Below are positions 42,513 to 53,645 of a stretch of 64,000 bases of DNA, one piece after another. Source of the stretch: Pseudomonadota bacterium. Its GTDB lineage: Bacteria > Myxococcota > JACRCW01 > JAFGSX01. Position 1 is the stretch's first letter, and each line of letters opens with the position of its first letter. Both the position numbers and the translations under genes were made by a program. Under the pieces are notes generated by a model that was not told where the DNA came from, did no database searches, and worked only from the letters and a program-made list of their open reading frames with translations. The stretch covers positions 96,001 to 160,000 of the forward strand of contig JBDRCO010000043.1 of NCBI GenBank assembly GCA_043821645.1, written 5' to 3'.

Positions 42513-43757
42513 ATGGCAGACCAGCTGACGCGCAGGGAACTTCCCTTTCCCAACGTGCTGCGTGTGCTCTTGCTTGGCGTCGTCGTCAAGCTTGCAGCCC
42601 TGGCCGTGTTCTCGCTCTCCATCCCCTCTGATTGGCTTGTTCATCTCGTCGCGGACGTGCGTTCGTGGGTTCCATTCTGGTGGGACTGCCAGCACGGCGG
42701 TGTGCCCTACGTCAGTGTCCCGAAAGAATACGCCGTCGCTGTCGGGCTTCTCTACTGGGCGCTGAGCCCACTGATGGATCTGGAGACCGGGTCCCTGCTC
42801 CCGGTTCTACTCACCCACGCCATCGTGATGTCCATCGTGGATGTCCTCAACGCGGGCTTGTTCTACAGACTGCTGTGGCGTCGGAACAATCGCCGCGCCC
42901 TGGTGCTGGCTCTGGCGCTGGTCGCCCTGCCCACCGCAGCCCTGCTCGCGCCCTTTCGTTTTGAAAGCGTGGTCGTGCTCAGCGTGCTGCTCGGTCTCAC
43001 CGCGCGGGAGAGAGGCCATCCTCTCCTGGCAACCGCGGCCTGGTCGGTGGGGTGCTGGCTCAAATGGTATCCGGTGTTTTTCGTCGCGGTGCAGGTCATC
43101 GAAGCCTGGCGTCTGGGGCAGCGCCGGCAGGCTGCCGTGTGCTGTGGGCTGTTCGCTGCCATCGCCGTCGCGCTCAACCTGCCCTTCATCGTCGGGGCCC
43201 TCGTCGTCAACGGCAGTCTTGACAGCTGGACCATCACCTATACTTTTCACGCCGGACGCGCCGTGAGCTTCGACACGCTCCTGGGTTGCTGCCGGCTGTG
43301 GCTGGGCGATGTGCCTGGTGGCTCGGTGGTCCTCGCCGGGTCTGCCGCGCTGGCGCTGACGGTGTTGCTGGTCCGCCGCAGCTGGAGCTTCGAGACGCGC
43401 TGCGCGCTGACCTGCATGGCCACGTTGATCTGTAACCAGGTCTACTCGGCCCAGTTCAACCTGTGGTTCTATCCCTTCGTGTTGCTGATCCTGGCGCAGG
43501 CCCGAGATCCTCGCTGGCCAGCGGTCCTGCTGCTTGCCCTCGATCTGAGCAATGTCGCCGTCTACCCCTTTGTCTACGCGCGCGTGGTCGACGAACTGGA
43601 CGGGTTCACACCGGCTGCGGCCGCAGACCGCGGTGGTGTCTGGAGCATCGTCTTCACCCTGGCGGTCGTCTTCAGGGCTGGCTTGCTGTTCGCTCTCGGA
43701 CTGTGGCTGGCCCGACGTACCGCACCACCCCTCGATTCAGGGGCTCCCTCATCCTGA
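42513..43757 (+). CDS. GT-C fold polytopic glycosyltransferase (GT87-like)
   Basis: PY...PKEY, KWYP and NQVYSAQF.LW motifs with many TM helices. Confidence 0.75.
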   Translation: MADQLTRRELPFPNVLRVLLLGVVVKLAALAVFSLSIPSDWLVHLVADVRSWVPFWWDCQHGGVPYVSVPKEYAVAVGLLYWALSPLMDLETGSLLPVLLTHAIVMSIVDVLNAGLFYRLLWRRNNRRALVLALALVALPTAALLAPFRFESVVVLSVLLGLTARERGHPLLATAAWSVGCWLKWYPVFFVAVQVIEAWRLGQRRQAAVCCGLFAAIAVALNLPFIVGALVVNGSLDSWTITYTFHAGRAVSFDTLLGCCRLWLGDVPGGSVVLAGSAALALTVLLVRRSWSFETRCALTCMATLICNQVYSAQFNLWFYPFVLLILAQARDPRWPAVLLLALDLSNVAVYPFVYARVVDELDGFTPAAAADRGGVWSIVFTLAVVFRAGLLFALGLWLARRTAPPLDSGAPSS

Positions 43758-43861
43758 AGTCCTCGCCCGACGCCTGAGGCTGTTGCCCGGCAGCAACGCC
43801 CGGAGCTGGGTCGTCACCACCAACGGACCCGGAGCCGGATCCGCAGAATGCACGTCCACGC

Positions 43862-43925
43862 TGCTGCTCGGGATGAATGCACCGGGGCCTGCACCCGACA
43901 CGGAGAGCGCGTGCTGGACGCCCCC

Positions 43926-43935
<10 letters not shown>
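43862..43935. repeat. Palindromic repeat, copy B (decayed), abutting and overlapping the dnaX stop codon
   Basis: 43862-43925 aligns without gaps to 44783-44846 at 51/64 identity. Both copies are followed by AGGAAGGA. Confidence 0.85.
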
Positions 43936-45749
<1,814 letters not shown>

Positions 45750-45859
45750 GTCTCAACCTCCGCGGGGAGGGCAGCCTATAGCAGGAAGCTCCGGCTGGCG
45801 CGAGGTCCAGTCCGTCACGGCCGCGTGAGAACCGCAAACTGCCGGGCTTTCCAGCGCGA

Positions 45860-46462
45860 TCAGGGGGTGGCACCGACTCCCACCAGGTACAGCGCTTCTT
45901 CCTTGGCGGTGTTGAGGTTGAGCAGTCGGTTCAGCTCGTTCTCCTTGAACACACCCACGGCCACGGCGCCCAGTCCCAGCGAGGTCGCCTGCAACAGCAG
46001 GTTCTGGGCCGCGTGCCCCACCTCGATGGCGATGAAGCGGCTGGTCAGATGGCGGTACTTGCGCTCGGTGCGCTCGGCGACCGCGGTGAGCACCACGCTC
46101 AGGGCCGCCTCGCCGAACAGGCGCTGACCGAGACCGATGGAGGTGAGTTCCTGCCGCAGATCGCCGGCCACCACGAGCTCGAGGCCATGGCCCTCGGCCC
46201 GGTAGTGGTACAGGCCTGGCTTGACCTCGTCCACGGCGTGCACGGCGACGTAGACCTCGACCGGGAACAGCGCGCCCGCCGACGGCACGGAGCGCAGGGG
46301 CTTGTCGAAGGCCTTGCCCGTGATGCCCGCCGTGGCATGCAGGAGCTGGGACAGCTGGGCCTGGGGCACGGAGCGCTGCGTGAAGCTGCGTGCGGAGCGG
46401 CGCTGATCGATGGCGCGCTCCACGGTCAGGCCCTGCAGGCCGGGCTTGGGCAGAAGCTGCAT
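45860..46462 (-). CDS. SagB/ThcOx-type nitroreductase family protein
   Basis: RRSARSF, RSVPSAGALFP and EVGHAAQN motifs. RBS GGAGG before ATG 46462. Confidence 0.9.
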   Translation of the reverse strand: MQLLPKPGLQGLTVERAIDQRRSARSFTQRSVPQAQLSQLLHATAGITGKAFDKPLRSVPSAGALFPVEVYVAVHAVDEVKPGLYHYRAEGHGLELVVAGDLRQELTSIGLGQRLFGEAALSVVLTAVAERTERKYRHLTSRFIAIEVGHAAQNLLLQATSLGLGAVAVGVFKENELNRLLNLNTAKEEALYLVGVGATP

Positions 46463-46602
46463 GGTGATCCTCCGTCCCCGGGAGAACTCTCGGGGTGTGC
46501 AAGGTAACACCTGGCCAGCTTCGCTGCACGCCACCGCGAGGACCTGGGCCGCGAGAGTGCGCGGCGAGTGACCGCGTCCTGGATGCGCGTTATGGTCCGG
46601 CC

Positions 46603-47925
46603 ATGCTCGCTTTGACAGTACTCCTCGGGACCCTGCTCCTGGTCGCCCCCGCCCTGCCCGTGCCGCAGCCCCTGGAAGCCCAGCTTCCCAGCGGCCTGAG
46701 CGTGATCGTGGTGCCACAGCCACGCCATCCCGTGGTCACGGTGCAGACCTGGCTGCTCGCCGGGAGTGTCGACGAAGAACCGACCCAGGCCGGGACCGCC
46801 CGCTTGCTGATGCAGGTGCTCGGCGCCGGCGGCAAGCGCTATGGCCGCGACGGCGTCGACGCCGCGGTGCAGGCCGTGGGTGGGCGGAACATGCGGCGCG
46901 TGGGTCCCGAGACCGCCGTGTTCTCGACGACAGTGCCGGCCGTGAAGCTGGAGCTCGCGCTGCAGATCGCGGCGGATCGCCTTCGCGCTCCACAGCTCGA
47001 CAAGGACAGGATAGCGCGCGCCGCGGCAGAGCTGAGCGCGCAAGACCAGGCCCGGGGTGTGGACGGACCGGAGCGTGCGCTCGCCGTGCTGCAGACCCTG
47101 AGTTTCTTGACCCATCCGCTTCGACAGCCTCTGGACGGATGGTGGTACCAGGACCTGCCGGATCCCGTGCGCAGCTGTCGCAGCTTCTTCGACGCCCATG
47201 TCGCGCCCGCCCGCACGGCCTTGATCGTGGTCGGTGACGTCGATCCCCCGCGCACATTGGGATTGATCAAGAAGGTCCTGGCGAGCTGGACTCAGCGCAA
47301 GGCCGGGCCACGGCGGAACGTGGCAGAACTCCCCGTGTCCGGCGCACGCCGACTCGAGATGATCGACACGGCAGCGCCCGGTTGGCTGGCCGTGGGCTGG
47401 CGCACGCCCGGCCTCACCCAGGTCGATGCCCTGGCCCTCGAGGTGCTGGTCGAAGCCCTGGCGGACAGTCAGGGCCAGCTGCGCGGTGCCGTGGCGAGTC
47501 CGCTCACGACGAACGCCCGCCTGCGCTATCGCCCTCACGCCCCGCACGGGCTGCTGGAACTGTGGTGCCCGCTGGAACTGAACCAGGATCCCGCGGCGCT
47601 GGAGGCCGCGCTCCGGGCCACCGTCGAGCAGAAGCTGCGCGCTGTCGACGACAGCACCCTGCAAGCGGCCACAGCCAGGGTGCGGTCGGCCTGGCTGCGC
47701 CAGCGGGACAGCGCTGAGGACCTGGCGCTGGCCACGGGTGAGAACAGCCTGCTGCGCGGTGCCGCGCTGAGCTCGGTGCTCGACACCGCGACCCTGGACG
47801 GCCTCACACCAGCAATTCTGAGGCAGGTGTCGGAGCGCTGCTTGCGCCCGTCCCAGGCGAGCGTCGTGGTCGTCTTCGCGGGCGGTGGCAGCACCACCCG
47901 CAGTGGGGACGGAGGCGCGCGATGA
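46603..47925 (+). CDS. M16 (insulinase/pitrilysin) family protein lacking HXXEH
   Basis: LPSGLSVIV...AGSVDE..GTARLLMQ and LIVVGDVD motifs, with a signal peptide. Confidence 0.8.
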   Translation: MLALTVLLGTLLLVAPALPVPQPLEAQLPSGLSVIVVPQPRHPVVTVQTWLLAGSVDEEPTQAGTARLLMQVLGAGGKRYGRDGVDAAVQAVGGRNMRRVGPETAVFSTTVPAVKLELALQIAADRLRAPQLDKDRIARAAAELSAQDQARGVDGPERALAVLQTLSFLTHPLRQPLDGWWYQDLPDPVRSCRSFFDAHVAPARTALIVVGDVDPPRTLGLIKKVLASWTQRKAGPRRNVAELPVSGARRLEMIDTAAPGWLAVGWRTPGLTQVDALALEVLVEALADSQGQLRGAVASPLTTNARLRYRPHAPHGLLELWCPLELNQDPAALEAALRATVEQKLRAVDDSTLQAATARVRSAWLRQRDSAEDLALATGENSLLRGAALSSVLDTATLDGLTPAILRQVSERCLRPSQASVVVVFAGGGSTTRSGDGGAR

Positions 47926-49268
47926 ACCCCGCCGTCCTGTTGCTGACCGGCGGCGCGCTGCTGCTCGCGGCCCCGCGCCTGGGCGATCCCTGGCCCCTGC
48001 CCGCACCGACCCGCGCGGTGTTGCCAGGTGGGGTGCGCGCCTTGGTGATGCCGGAACCAGCGCTGGCCAGCACCACGCTGCTGATGATGAGCAACCACGG
48101 TGCGCTCGACGAGCTTGCCGGCCAGGACGGCGCTCTGTCCCTGGTCGCCGCCACCCTGGCCTGTCAGGCCAGCGATCCGGGCAACCCGCTGGGTTTTGCC
48201 GGTGGGCGGATGCGGGCACGGGTCGACTGGCAAGAGCTGGAGCTCGCGGTCGAGTTCCCCGGCGGTTCCCTCGACGCCGCGGCGCAAGCCCTGGGCGCGG
48301 CCTTGCGGCAGCCGGCTCTGCGCGAGACCTGCCTGCGCCGTGCCGAACAGGCGCTACGTCTCGAGGAGGTGGCGAACCGCGAGGCCACCAGTGCCGCACT
48401 GGAGCAGGCCCTGTTCCCGGGACACAGGCGCGGACGTCCGCTGCTCGGGTCGCCCGCCAGCCGCGCCCGGGCGACACCCGCCAGCCTGGCCGCGCTGTGG
48501 AGCGCCCAGACCCAGGCCCCGGCGCTGTGGGTGGTGGTCATCGGGCCGGTGGAGATTGACAGCACGCTGCAGATCCTGACCAGACACCTGGCGGACCTGG
48601 GCTCGAGCGCGGCCTCGCCTGCCCCGCCACCGCCGCCTGCAAGCGAAGAGACCGCGCGCGCAACGGTGGTGGATGCACCAGGCTCGAGCCTGGCCACCCT
48701 GTGGATAGCCCAGCGCCTGCCGCTCGACAGCTCGCACTCCCTGCCCGAGCATCTGCTGCTCGACGAGGCGTGGCTGCACGCCGGCGCGCCAAGGTCCCTC
48801 GCTGCGAGGGGTTGCCGCAGCACTCGGGGTCGTGACACAGCCGGGGTGGAGGCCAGCACGGACGCTCTGATCCTGCGCTGCCCCGGACTGGAGCCCGAGA
48901 GCGTGCGCGCCGTCCTGGATCAGGCGGCGCTCGACCTCGGGCGGCTGCGCCAGAAACCGCTCGCCCCGCGCGCGCTGCGCGAACTCAAGGATCAGCAGCA
49001 CGGCCGCCTTGCCCTGCAGCACGAGAGTGCGCTGGTCCAGGCCCGCTCCTTGGCCCGACTCGAGCGCGAGGGAACCCGCGCCGAGGTTCTGGCACAGGCG
49101 CCCGCCAAACTCGAGGCGATCAGCGCGCGCGACCTTCAGAGCGCCGCTCTGGGTGTCCTCAGCCCGCTGGCGCTGCGCGCGGTGGTACTGGGGCCAGCCG
49201 AGCGCTTGAGGCCACAACTCGCGGATCTGCTCGGCGCGGCAGCCCCGGATGCGACCGGCGACCGCTGA
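47922..49268 (+). CDS. M16 family inactive partner subunit
   Basis: ATGA overlap with the upstream gene. LPGGVRALV, VVVIGPVE and LEAISARDLQSAA motifs. Confidence 0.75.
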   Translation: MNPAVLLLTGGALLLAAPRLGDPWPLPAPTRAVLPGGVRALVMPEPALASTTLLMMSNHGALDELAGQDGALSLVAATLACQASDPGNPLGFAGGRMRARVDWQELELAVEFPGGSLDAAAQALGAALRQPALRETCLRRAEQALRLEEVANREATSAALEQALFPGHRRGRPLLGSPASRARATPASLAALWSAQTQAPALWVVVIGPVEIDSTLQILTRHLADLGSSAASPAPPPPPASEETARATVVDAPGSSLATLWIAQRLPLDSSHSLPEHLLLDEAWLHAGAPRSLAARGCRSTRGRDTAGVEASTDALILRCPGLEPESVRAVLDQAALDLGRLRQKPLAPRALRELKDQQHGRLALQHESALVQARSLARLEREGTRAEVLAQAPAKLEAISARDLQSAALGVLSPLALRAVVLGPAERLRPQLADLLGAAAPDATGDR

Positions 49269-49420
49269 CGCGCGCGTCGCTGCACGGGCCACCGCAGTTG
49301 ACGAGACGTGACGACGGGTGTTATCGAAGGCTTGGCTTTTCGAGACCTTAGTGTGTGATGCGGGGCCTGACGACGCCGGGACCATGCCGCCCGGCCGGAC
49401 CCTGCCAAGAGGAGGACGCC

Positions 49421-49864
49421 TTGAAGCGGACGTCCCGGTGGATTCTGCTGCTGACCCTCGCCGCCCTCGCCGCCTGCGGTCCCGTGCAGTCCCTGACCGT
49501 GATCTGGGAAGCCAGCGCCGAGCTCGAAGGCGCCAAGGCCGCGGACGGTCAGAAGTATGCACCCTACGAGGTCGTGGCCGCCGAGGCCTACCTGGACAAG
49601 GCCCTCGAAGAGCAGGCCTTTGCCGACTTCGAACCGGCCATCGTGTTCGGCACCAAGGCGCGCGACATGGCACGCCAGGCCAAGCAGAAGACCGCGGCGG
49701 CCACCAGCAAGGCGACACCGCCTGATGCTCCGCCACCCGGGGACACTGCCGCTGATGGCATGGTGCCCGACGACAGCGGGACCCCAGCTCCGGTGCAAGT
49801 GGTGCCCGTGCCCGAGGAGGGCGGCCAGCGTCCCCCCCCCATCATCGTGCCGACCGCCGAGTGA
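49421..49864 (+). CDS. DUF4398-like lipoprotein
   Basis: RBS GAGGAGG before TTG 49421. Lipobox LAAC and YAPYE...AEAYLDKA. Confidence 0.8.
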   Translation: MKRTSRWILLLTLAALAACGPVQSLTVIWEASAELEGAKAADGQKYAPYEVVAAEAYLDKALEEQAFADFEPAIVFGTKARDMARQAKQKTAAATSKATPPDAPPPGDTAADGMVPDDSGTPAPVQVVPVPEEGGQRPPPIIVPTAE

Positions 49865-49901
49865 GACCCGTGCTGCCTCGCCGCGCTTCAAGGAGCCTGA
49901 C

Positions 49902-51191
49902 ATGACGCGCCCGCTCGCTCCCCTGGCCGTGCTCGCGCTGATCCCGCTGTTCGCGACCGGCTGCATGACCTCGTCTGCCATCCAGCAGCGCGCTGATGTC
50001 GTCAAGATCGACATCGAGAAGGCCCGCAAGTCCGGCGCCTACCGCTGCAGCCCCGAGGCCCTGGCGCGCGCCGAGGCCAACCTCGAGTTCACCGAGAACG
50101 AACTCAGGCAGGGCGACTTCATCCGCGCCGGCGAACACGTCAACGTCGCCATGGACAACATCAAGAAGGCCCTGAGCGAGAGCAAGGACTGCGGGCCCAA
50201 GCGGGTGCTGATCAAGAAGCCCAAGGCGCCGGTGGTGGTGCAGATCACCAAGACCGACAAGGACGGAGACGGCATCCTCGACGACGTCGACCAGTGTCCC
50301 GAGCAGCCCGAAGACATGGACGGCTTCGAGGACGAGGATGGTTGTCCCGACGTCGACAACGACCAGGATGGCGTGTTCGACACCGAGGACCTGTGCCCCA
50401 ACACCCCGGGACCGGTCGAGAACCAGGGTTGCCCGGTCGAGGACCGCGACGGTGACGGCATCCTGGACAAGGTGGACCAGTGCCCCGACGAGCCCGAGGA
50501 CATGGACGGCGACCGCGACACCGACGGTTGCCCCGACGTCGATCTGGACTCCGACGGCGACGGCATCCTGGACAAGGTGGACCAGTGTCCTGCAGATCCC
50601 GAGGACAAGGATGGCTTCGAGGATGAAGATGGCTGCCCGGACGTCGACAACGACAAGGACGGCCTGCTCGACACCATCGACAAGTGTCCCAATGACGCGG
50701 GTCCGCCGGAGAACAGCGGCTGCCCGATCATGGACCGCGATGGTGACGGCATCAACGACTCCGAGGACAAGTGCCCCGACGAACCGGGCGTGCCCGAGGA
50801 GCAGGGCTGTCCCAAGAAGTACAGCCTCATCGTGGTCAAGAAGGAAAAGATCGAGATCAAGCAGCAGGTGCACTTCGCCACGGCCAAGGCCAACATCCTG
50901 CCCGACAGCTTCGAGTTGCTGTCGCAGGTCGCCGACGCCGTCAAGAGCGCCAAGATCAAGAAGGTGCTCATCGAGGGCCACACCGACAGCCAGGGCGGCG
51001 ATGCCTACAACATGAAGCTGAGCCAGCGCCGAGCCGAGTCGGTGCGCGACCACCTCATCGAGAAGGGCGGTGTGGATCCCGACGTGCTCGAGTCCGTGGG
51101 CTTTGGCGAGACCCGACCCATCGCCAGCAACAAGACGGCCAAGGGCCGCGCTCTCAACCGCCGCACCGAGTTCAAGATCATCGAGCGCTAG
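49902..51191 (+). CDS. Lipoprotein with DUF4398-like domain, thrombospondin type 3 repeats and OmpA C-terminal domain
   Basis: Lipobox ATGC, many DxDGDGILD..D.CP repeats, IEGHTDS...NMKLSQRRA and NRRTEF. Confidence 0.93.
   Translation: MTRPLAPLAVLALIPLFATGCMTSSAIQQRADVVKIDIEKARKSGAYRCSPEALARAEANLEFTENELRQGDFIRAGEHVNVAMDNIKKALSESKDCGPKRVLIKKPKAPVVVQITKTDKDGDGILDDVDQCPEQPEDMDGFEDEDGCPDVDNDQDGVFDTEDLCPNTPGPVENQGCPVEDRDGDGILDKVDQCPDEPEDMDGDRDTDGCPDVDLDSDGDGILDKVDQCPADPEDKDGFEDEDGCPDVDNDKDGLLDTIDKCPNDAGPPENSGCPIMDRDGDGINDSEDKCPDEPGVPEEQGCPKKYSLIVVKKEKIEIKQQVHFATAKANILPDSFELLSQVADAVKSAKIKKVLIEGHTDSQGGDAYNMKLSQRRAESVRDHLIEKGGVDPDVLESVGFGETRPIASNKTAKGRALNRRTEFKIIER
50253..50812 (+). repeat. Tandem TSP3-type Ca-binding repeats
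   Basis: Repeated D-x-D-G-D-G-I-x-D...CP units, with near-duplicated DNA at about 50448 and 50553. Confidence 0.85.
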
Positions 51192-51230
51192 GCGCTCGGA
51201 TCGCCCCGCGCCGCTCAACGGCGCTCGTCG

Positions 51231-53564
51231 ATGGCCAGTAATCAACACGACCCCATTCGCCACCGCCCGTCGGTCGTCACCCGGCAGGTCGCCCGTGCTC
51301 GCTACCTGGTATTCGTGGCCCTGCTCGGGGTCTCGATCGTTCTGGGCTGGCACGCCCGCTCCCTGCAATTCGACTTCTCGGTCGACGCCGTGTACGTGTC
51401 CGAGGATCCCGAGCTGCGCTTCTATCGCGAGATCGTGGCGCCGGCCTTTGGCTCCGGCGACAACATGCTGGCGGTGCTGGTGGTCGGCGCGCCCCTGCTC
51501 TCGTCTGCCGCCCTGGCCGACCTGGGGCGCGTGCACGAGACCATTGCCGCGTTGCCGGGCGTGACCGAGGTGCGCTCCCTGGTCAATGCCCGGGTCCCCG
51601 TCGAGGACGGCGACGTGTTCTCCCTGCTGCCCTTGTTTGCGAACGGCCGGGCCCCCGTCGACGACGCAGGCATCGCCCTGCTGCGCCAGCGCATGCAGCG
51701 CGCGCCCAGTCTGAAAGGGCGGCTGCTGTCGAGTGATCTGACCACCGCCGCGGTGGTGGCCTTTCTCGACGGGAGCATGAAGAGCCAGCACCAGCGAGGG
51801 GCCCTGGTGCGCCTGGCCGAAAAGGCCCTGGCGCCAGTGATCGCGGCGGCCAGCCCCGGGGTACAGATCCGACTCAGCGGCATCCCGGTGTTCTCGGAGA
51901 ACCTGACCGAGCTGCTCAAGCGCGATCAGATGACCTTCGTCCCTGGCGTGCTGCTGGTCATGGGGATCCTGCTGTGGCTCGCCTTTCGGTCGCTGCGCGG
52001 CGTGCTGTTGCCCTTCGTGGCGACGGGCACAGCCACCCTGTGGACCCTGGGCGTGATGAGCATCGAGGGCCACTCGATCAACGTCGCCAACAATGCCATC
52101 GTGGTGCTGCTGCTGGTCATCGGGGTCAGCGACGCCATCCACCTGCTGTCCCGCTTCGAAGAGGAGCTGCGCCTGCAGCGCGCAGCCGGGATCACGCCGG
52201 GCAAGCTCAAGACCGTGGCCGTGGTGACCGAGCACCTGGGCCTGGCCTGCCTGCTCACCTCGATGACGACGGCGGTGGGTTTCGGTTCACTCATCGTGGC
52301 GCGCCTGCCCATCATCCAGGAGTTCGGGGCCGACGCGGCCATCGGCGTGATGCTGGCCTGGCTGGTCACCATTGGCCTGGTGCCCGCACTGCTGGCCATC
52401 CTGCCTCTCCCCGGCCCCCGGCGGGCAATGCCCACCGAGCTCAGCGATCGCTTTCTGGGAGCGCTGGCTCGCTTCGCCCTGCGCCGTCGCCACCTGGTGG
52501 TGATCGCGGCCCTGCTCGTGACCGCGCTCAGCATCTTCGGCGCCTCGCGCCTTCGCGCCCACGATCGCATCCTGGCGGAACTGCCGGCGGGTCACCCCTC
52601 ACTGGAGACCCTGCGCCTGGCCACCGACAAGCTGGGCGGCTTCATTCCTTTTGACATCGTCCTCGAGACGCCCCCTGGCCGCGCCGACGATCCCGATGTG
52701 CTGGCCGGTCTGGACGACCTCCAGCGCTACATCGAGAGCCAACCGCGCGCGCCAAGCGCCCTGTCGGTGATGGATCTTCTCGACGGCGTCGATCGTGCCG
52801 TGCGCGGCGACGCGCGGGAGCCTCTGGCCTGGACCCCGGAGCGCGTGGCGCAGTACCTGCTGCTGGTGGAGCTGGCCCCGGACGGCGAGCGCGAGCTGCG
52901 GCCCTACCTGTCGTCGCGACGAGACCTCGCACGCATCGCCTGCTTCGCGGACGACGTGGGCACCGGCGTGGTGCTGGCCTGGCACGATGCGCTGCTGAAA
53001 CGGGGGGCCGAGGTGCTGCCCGCCGACGTCGTCGTGCACGTCACGGGTCCGCTGGTGGTGACCTCGAGCGCGCTCACCCTCGTGGTCAACGACATGTTCT
53101 CGTCGCTGGCATTGGCCCTCGTCGTCATCCTGGTGGTCATGGGGCTGCTGTTCCGCTCGGCGCGCATCGGGGTACTGGCCCTGGTCCCCAACGCAGTGCC
53201 GGTGCTCATGGCGCTCGGCGTCATGGGGCTGTCCGGCATCAGCTTGCGGCCCGCCACGGCGGTGATCTTCTCGATGGCCCTGGGTATCGCGGTCGACAAC
53301 TCGATCCACTTCCTGTCGCGGTATCGCGAGGAACGCGCGCAACGCGAAGATGTGGCCGCCGCCATCGAGGCTGCGGTGCGAGGCACCGGCCGGCCGATCC
53401 TGTACACCACGGTGATGCTCTCGGCGGGTCTGGGTGTACTCCTGCTGTCGGACTTCGTGGCCCTGCAGCACCTCGCCATCCTGGGCTCGACCACCTTCGC
53501 CAGTGCCATGGTGGTCGACTTGCTGCTGCTCCCCGTCCTGCTGTGGTGGCTCAAGCCGCGCTGA
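51231..53564 (+). CDS. MMPL/RND family transporter
   Basis: Two repeats containing GVSDAIH / GIAVDNSIH and TTAVGFGSL. Confidence 0.9.
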   Translation: MASNQHDPIRHRPSVVTRQVARARYLVFVALLGVSIVLGWHARSLQFDFSVDAVYVSEDPELRFYREIVAPAFGSGDNMLAVLVVGAPLLSSAALADLGRVHETIAALPGVTEVRSLVNARVPVEDGDVFSLLPLFANGRAPVDDAGIALLRQRMQRAPSLKGRLLSSDLTTAAVVAFLDGSMKSQHQRGALVRLAEKALAPVIAAASPGVQIRLSGIPVFSENLTELLKRDQMTFVPGVLLVMGILLWLAFRSLRGVLLPFVATGTATLWTLGVMSIEGHSINVANNAIVVLLLVIGVSDAIHLLSRFEEELRLQRAAGITPGKLKTVAVVTEHLGLACLLTSMTTAVGFGSLIVARLPIIQEFGADAAIGVMLAWLVTIGLVPALLAILPLPGPRRAMPTELSDRFLGALARFALRRRHLVVIAALLVTALSIFGASRLRAHDRILAELPAGHPSLETLRLATDKLGGFIPFDIVLETPPGRADDPDVLAGLDDLQRYIESQPRAPSALSVMDLLDGVDRAVRGDAREPLAWTPERVAQYLLLVELAPDGERELRPYLSSRRDLARIACFADDVGTGVVLAWHDALLKRGAEVLPADVVVHVTGPLVVTSSALTLVVNDMFSSLALALVVILVVMGLLFRSARIGVLALVPNAVPVLMALGVMGLSGISLRPATAVIFSMALGIAVDNSIHFLSRYREERAQREDVAAAIEAAVRGTGRPILYTTVMLSAGLGVLLLSDFVALQHLAILGSTTFASAMVVDLLLLPVLLWWLKPR

Positions 53565-53645
53565 AGCTCTGGCCTCTTTCGTGACGGCTCACACGCGCGC
53601 TGGATGCAGGTCGAGAACCGATCGCGGGCCCGGACCCGCCTTCGC

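Noticed and set aside
45750-45859. Possible ffs or tRNA upstream of dnaX
   Set aside because: No SRP core or cloverleaf signature on either strand.
45860-49268. RiPP cluster (SagB-type oxidase plus M16 peptidases)
   Set aside because: No precursor peptide, YcaO or transporter, the peptidases lack catalytic residues, and stand-alone SagB-like nitroreductases are common.
50253-50812. CRISPR-like periodic repeats
   Set aside because: These are in-frame TSP3 protein repeats with synonymous variation, and no cas genes are present.
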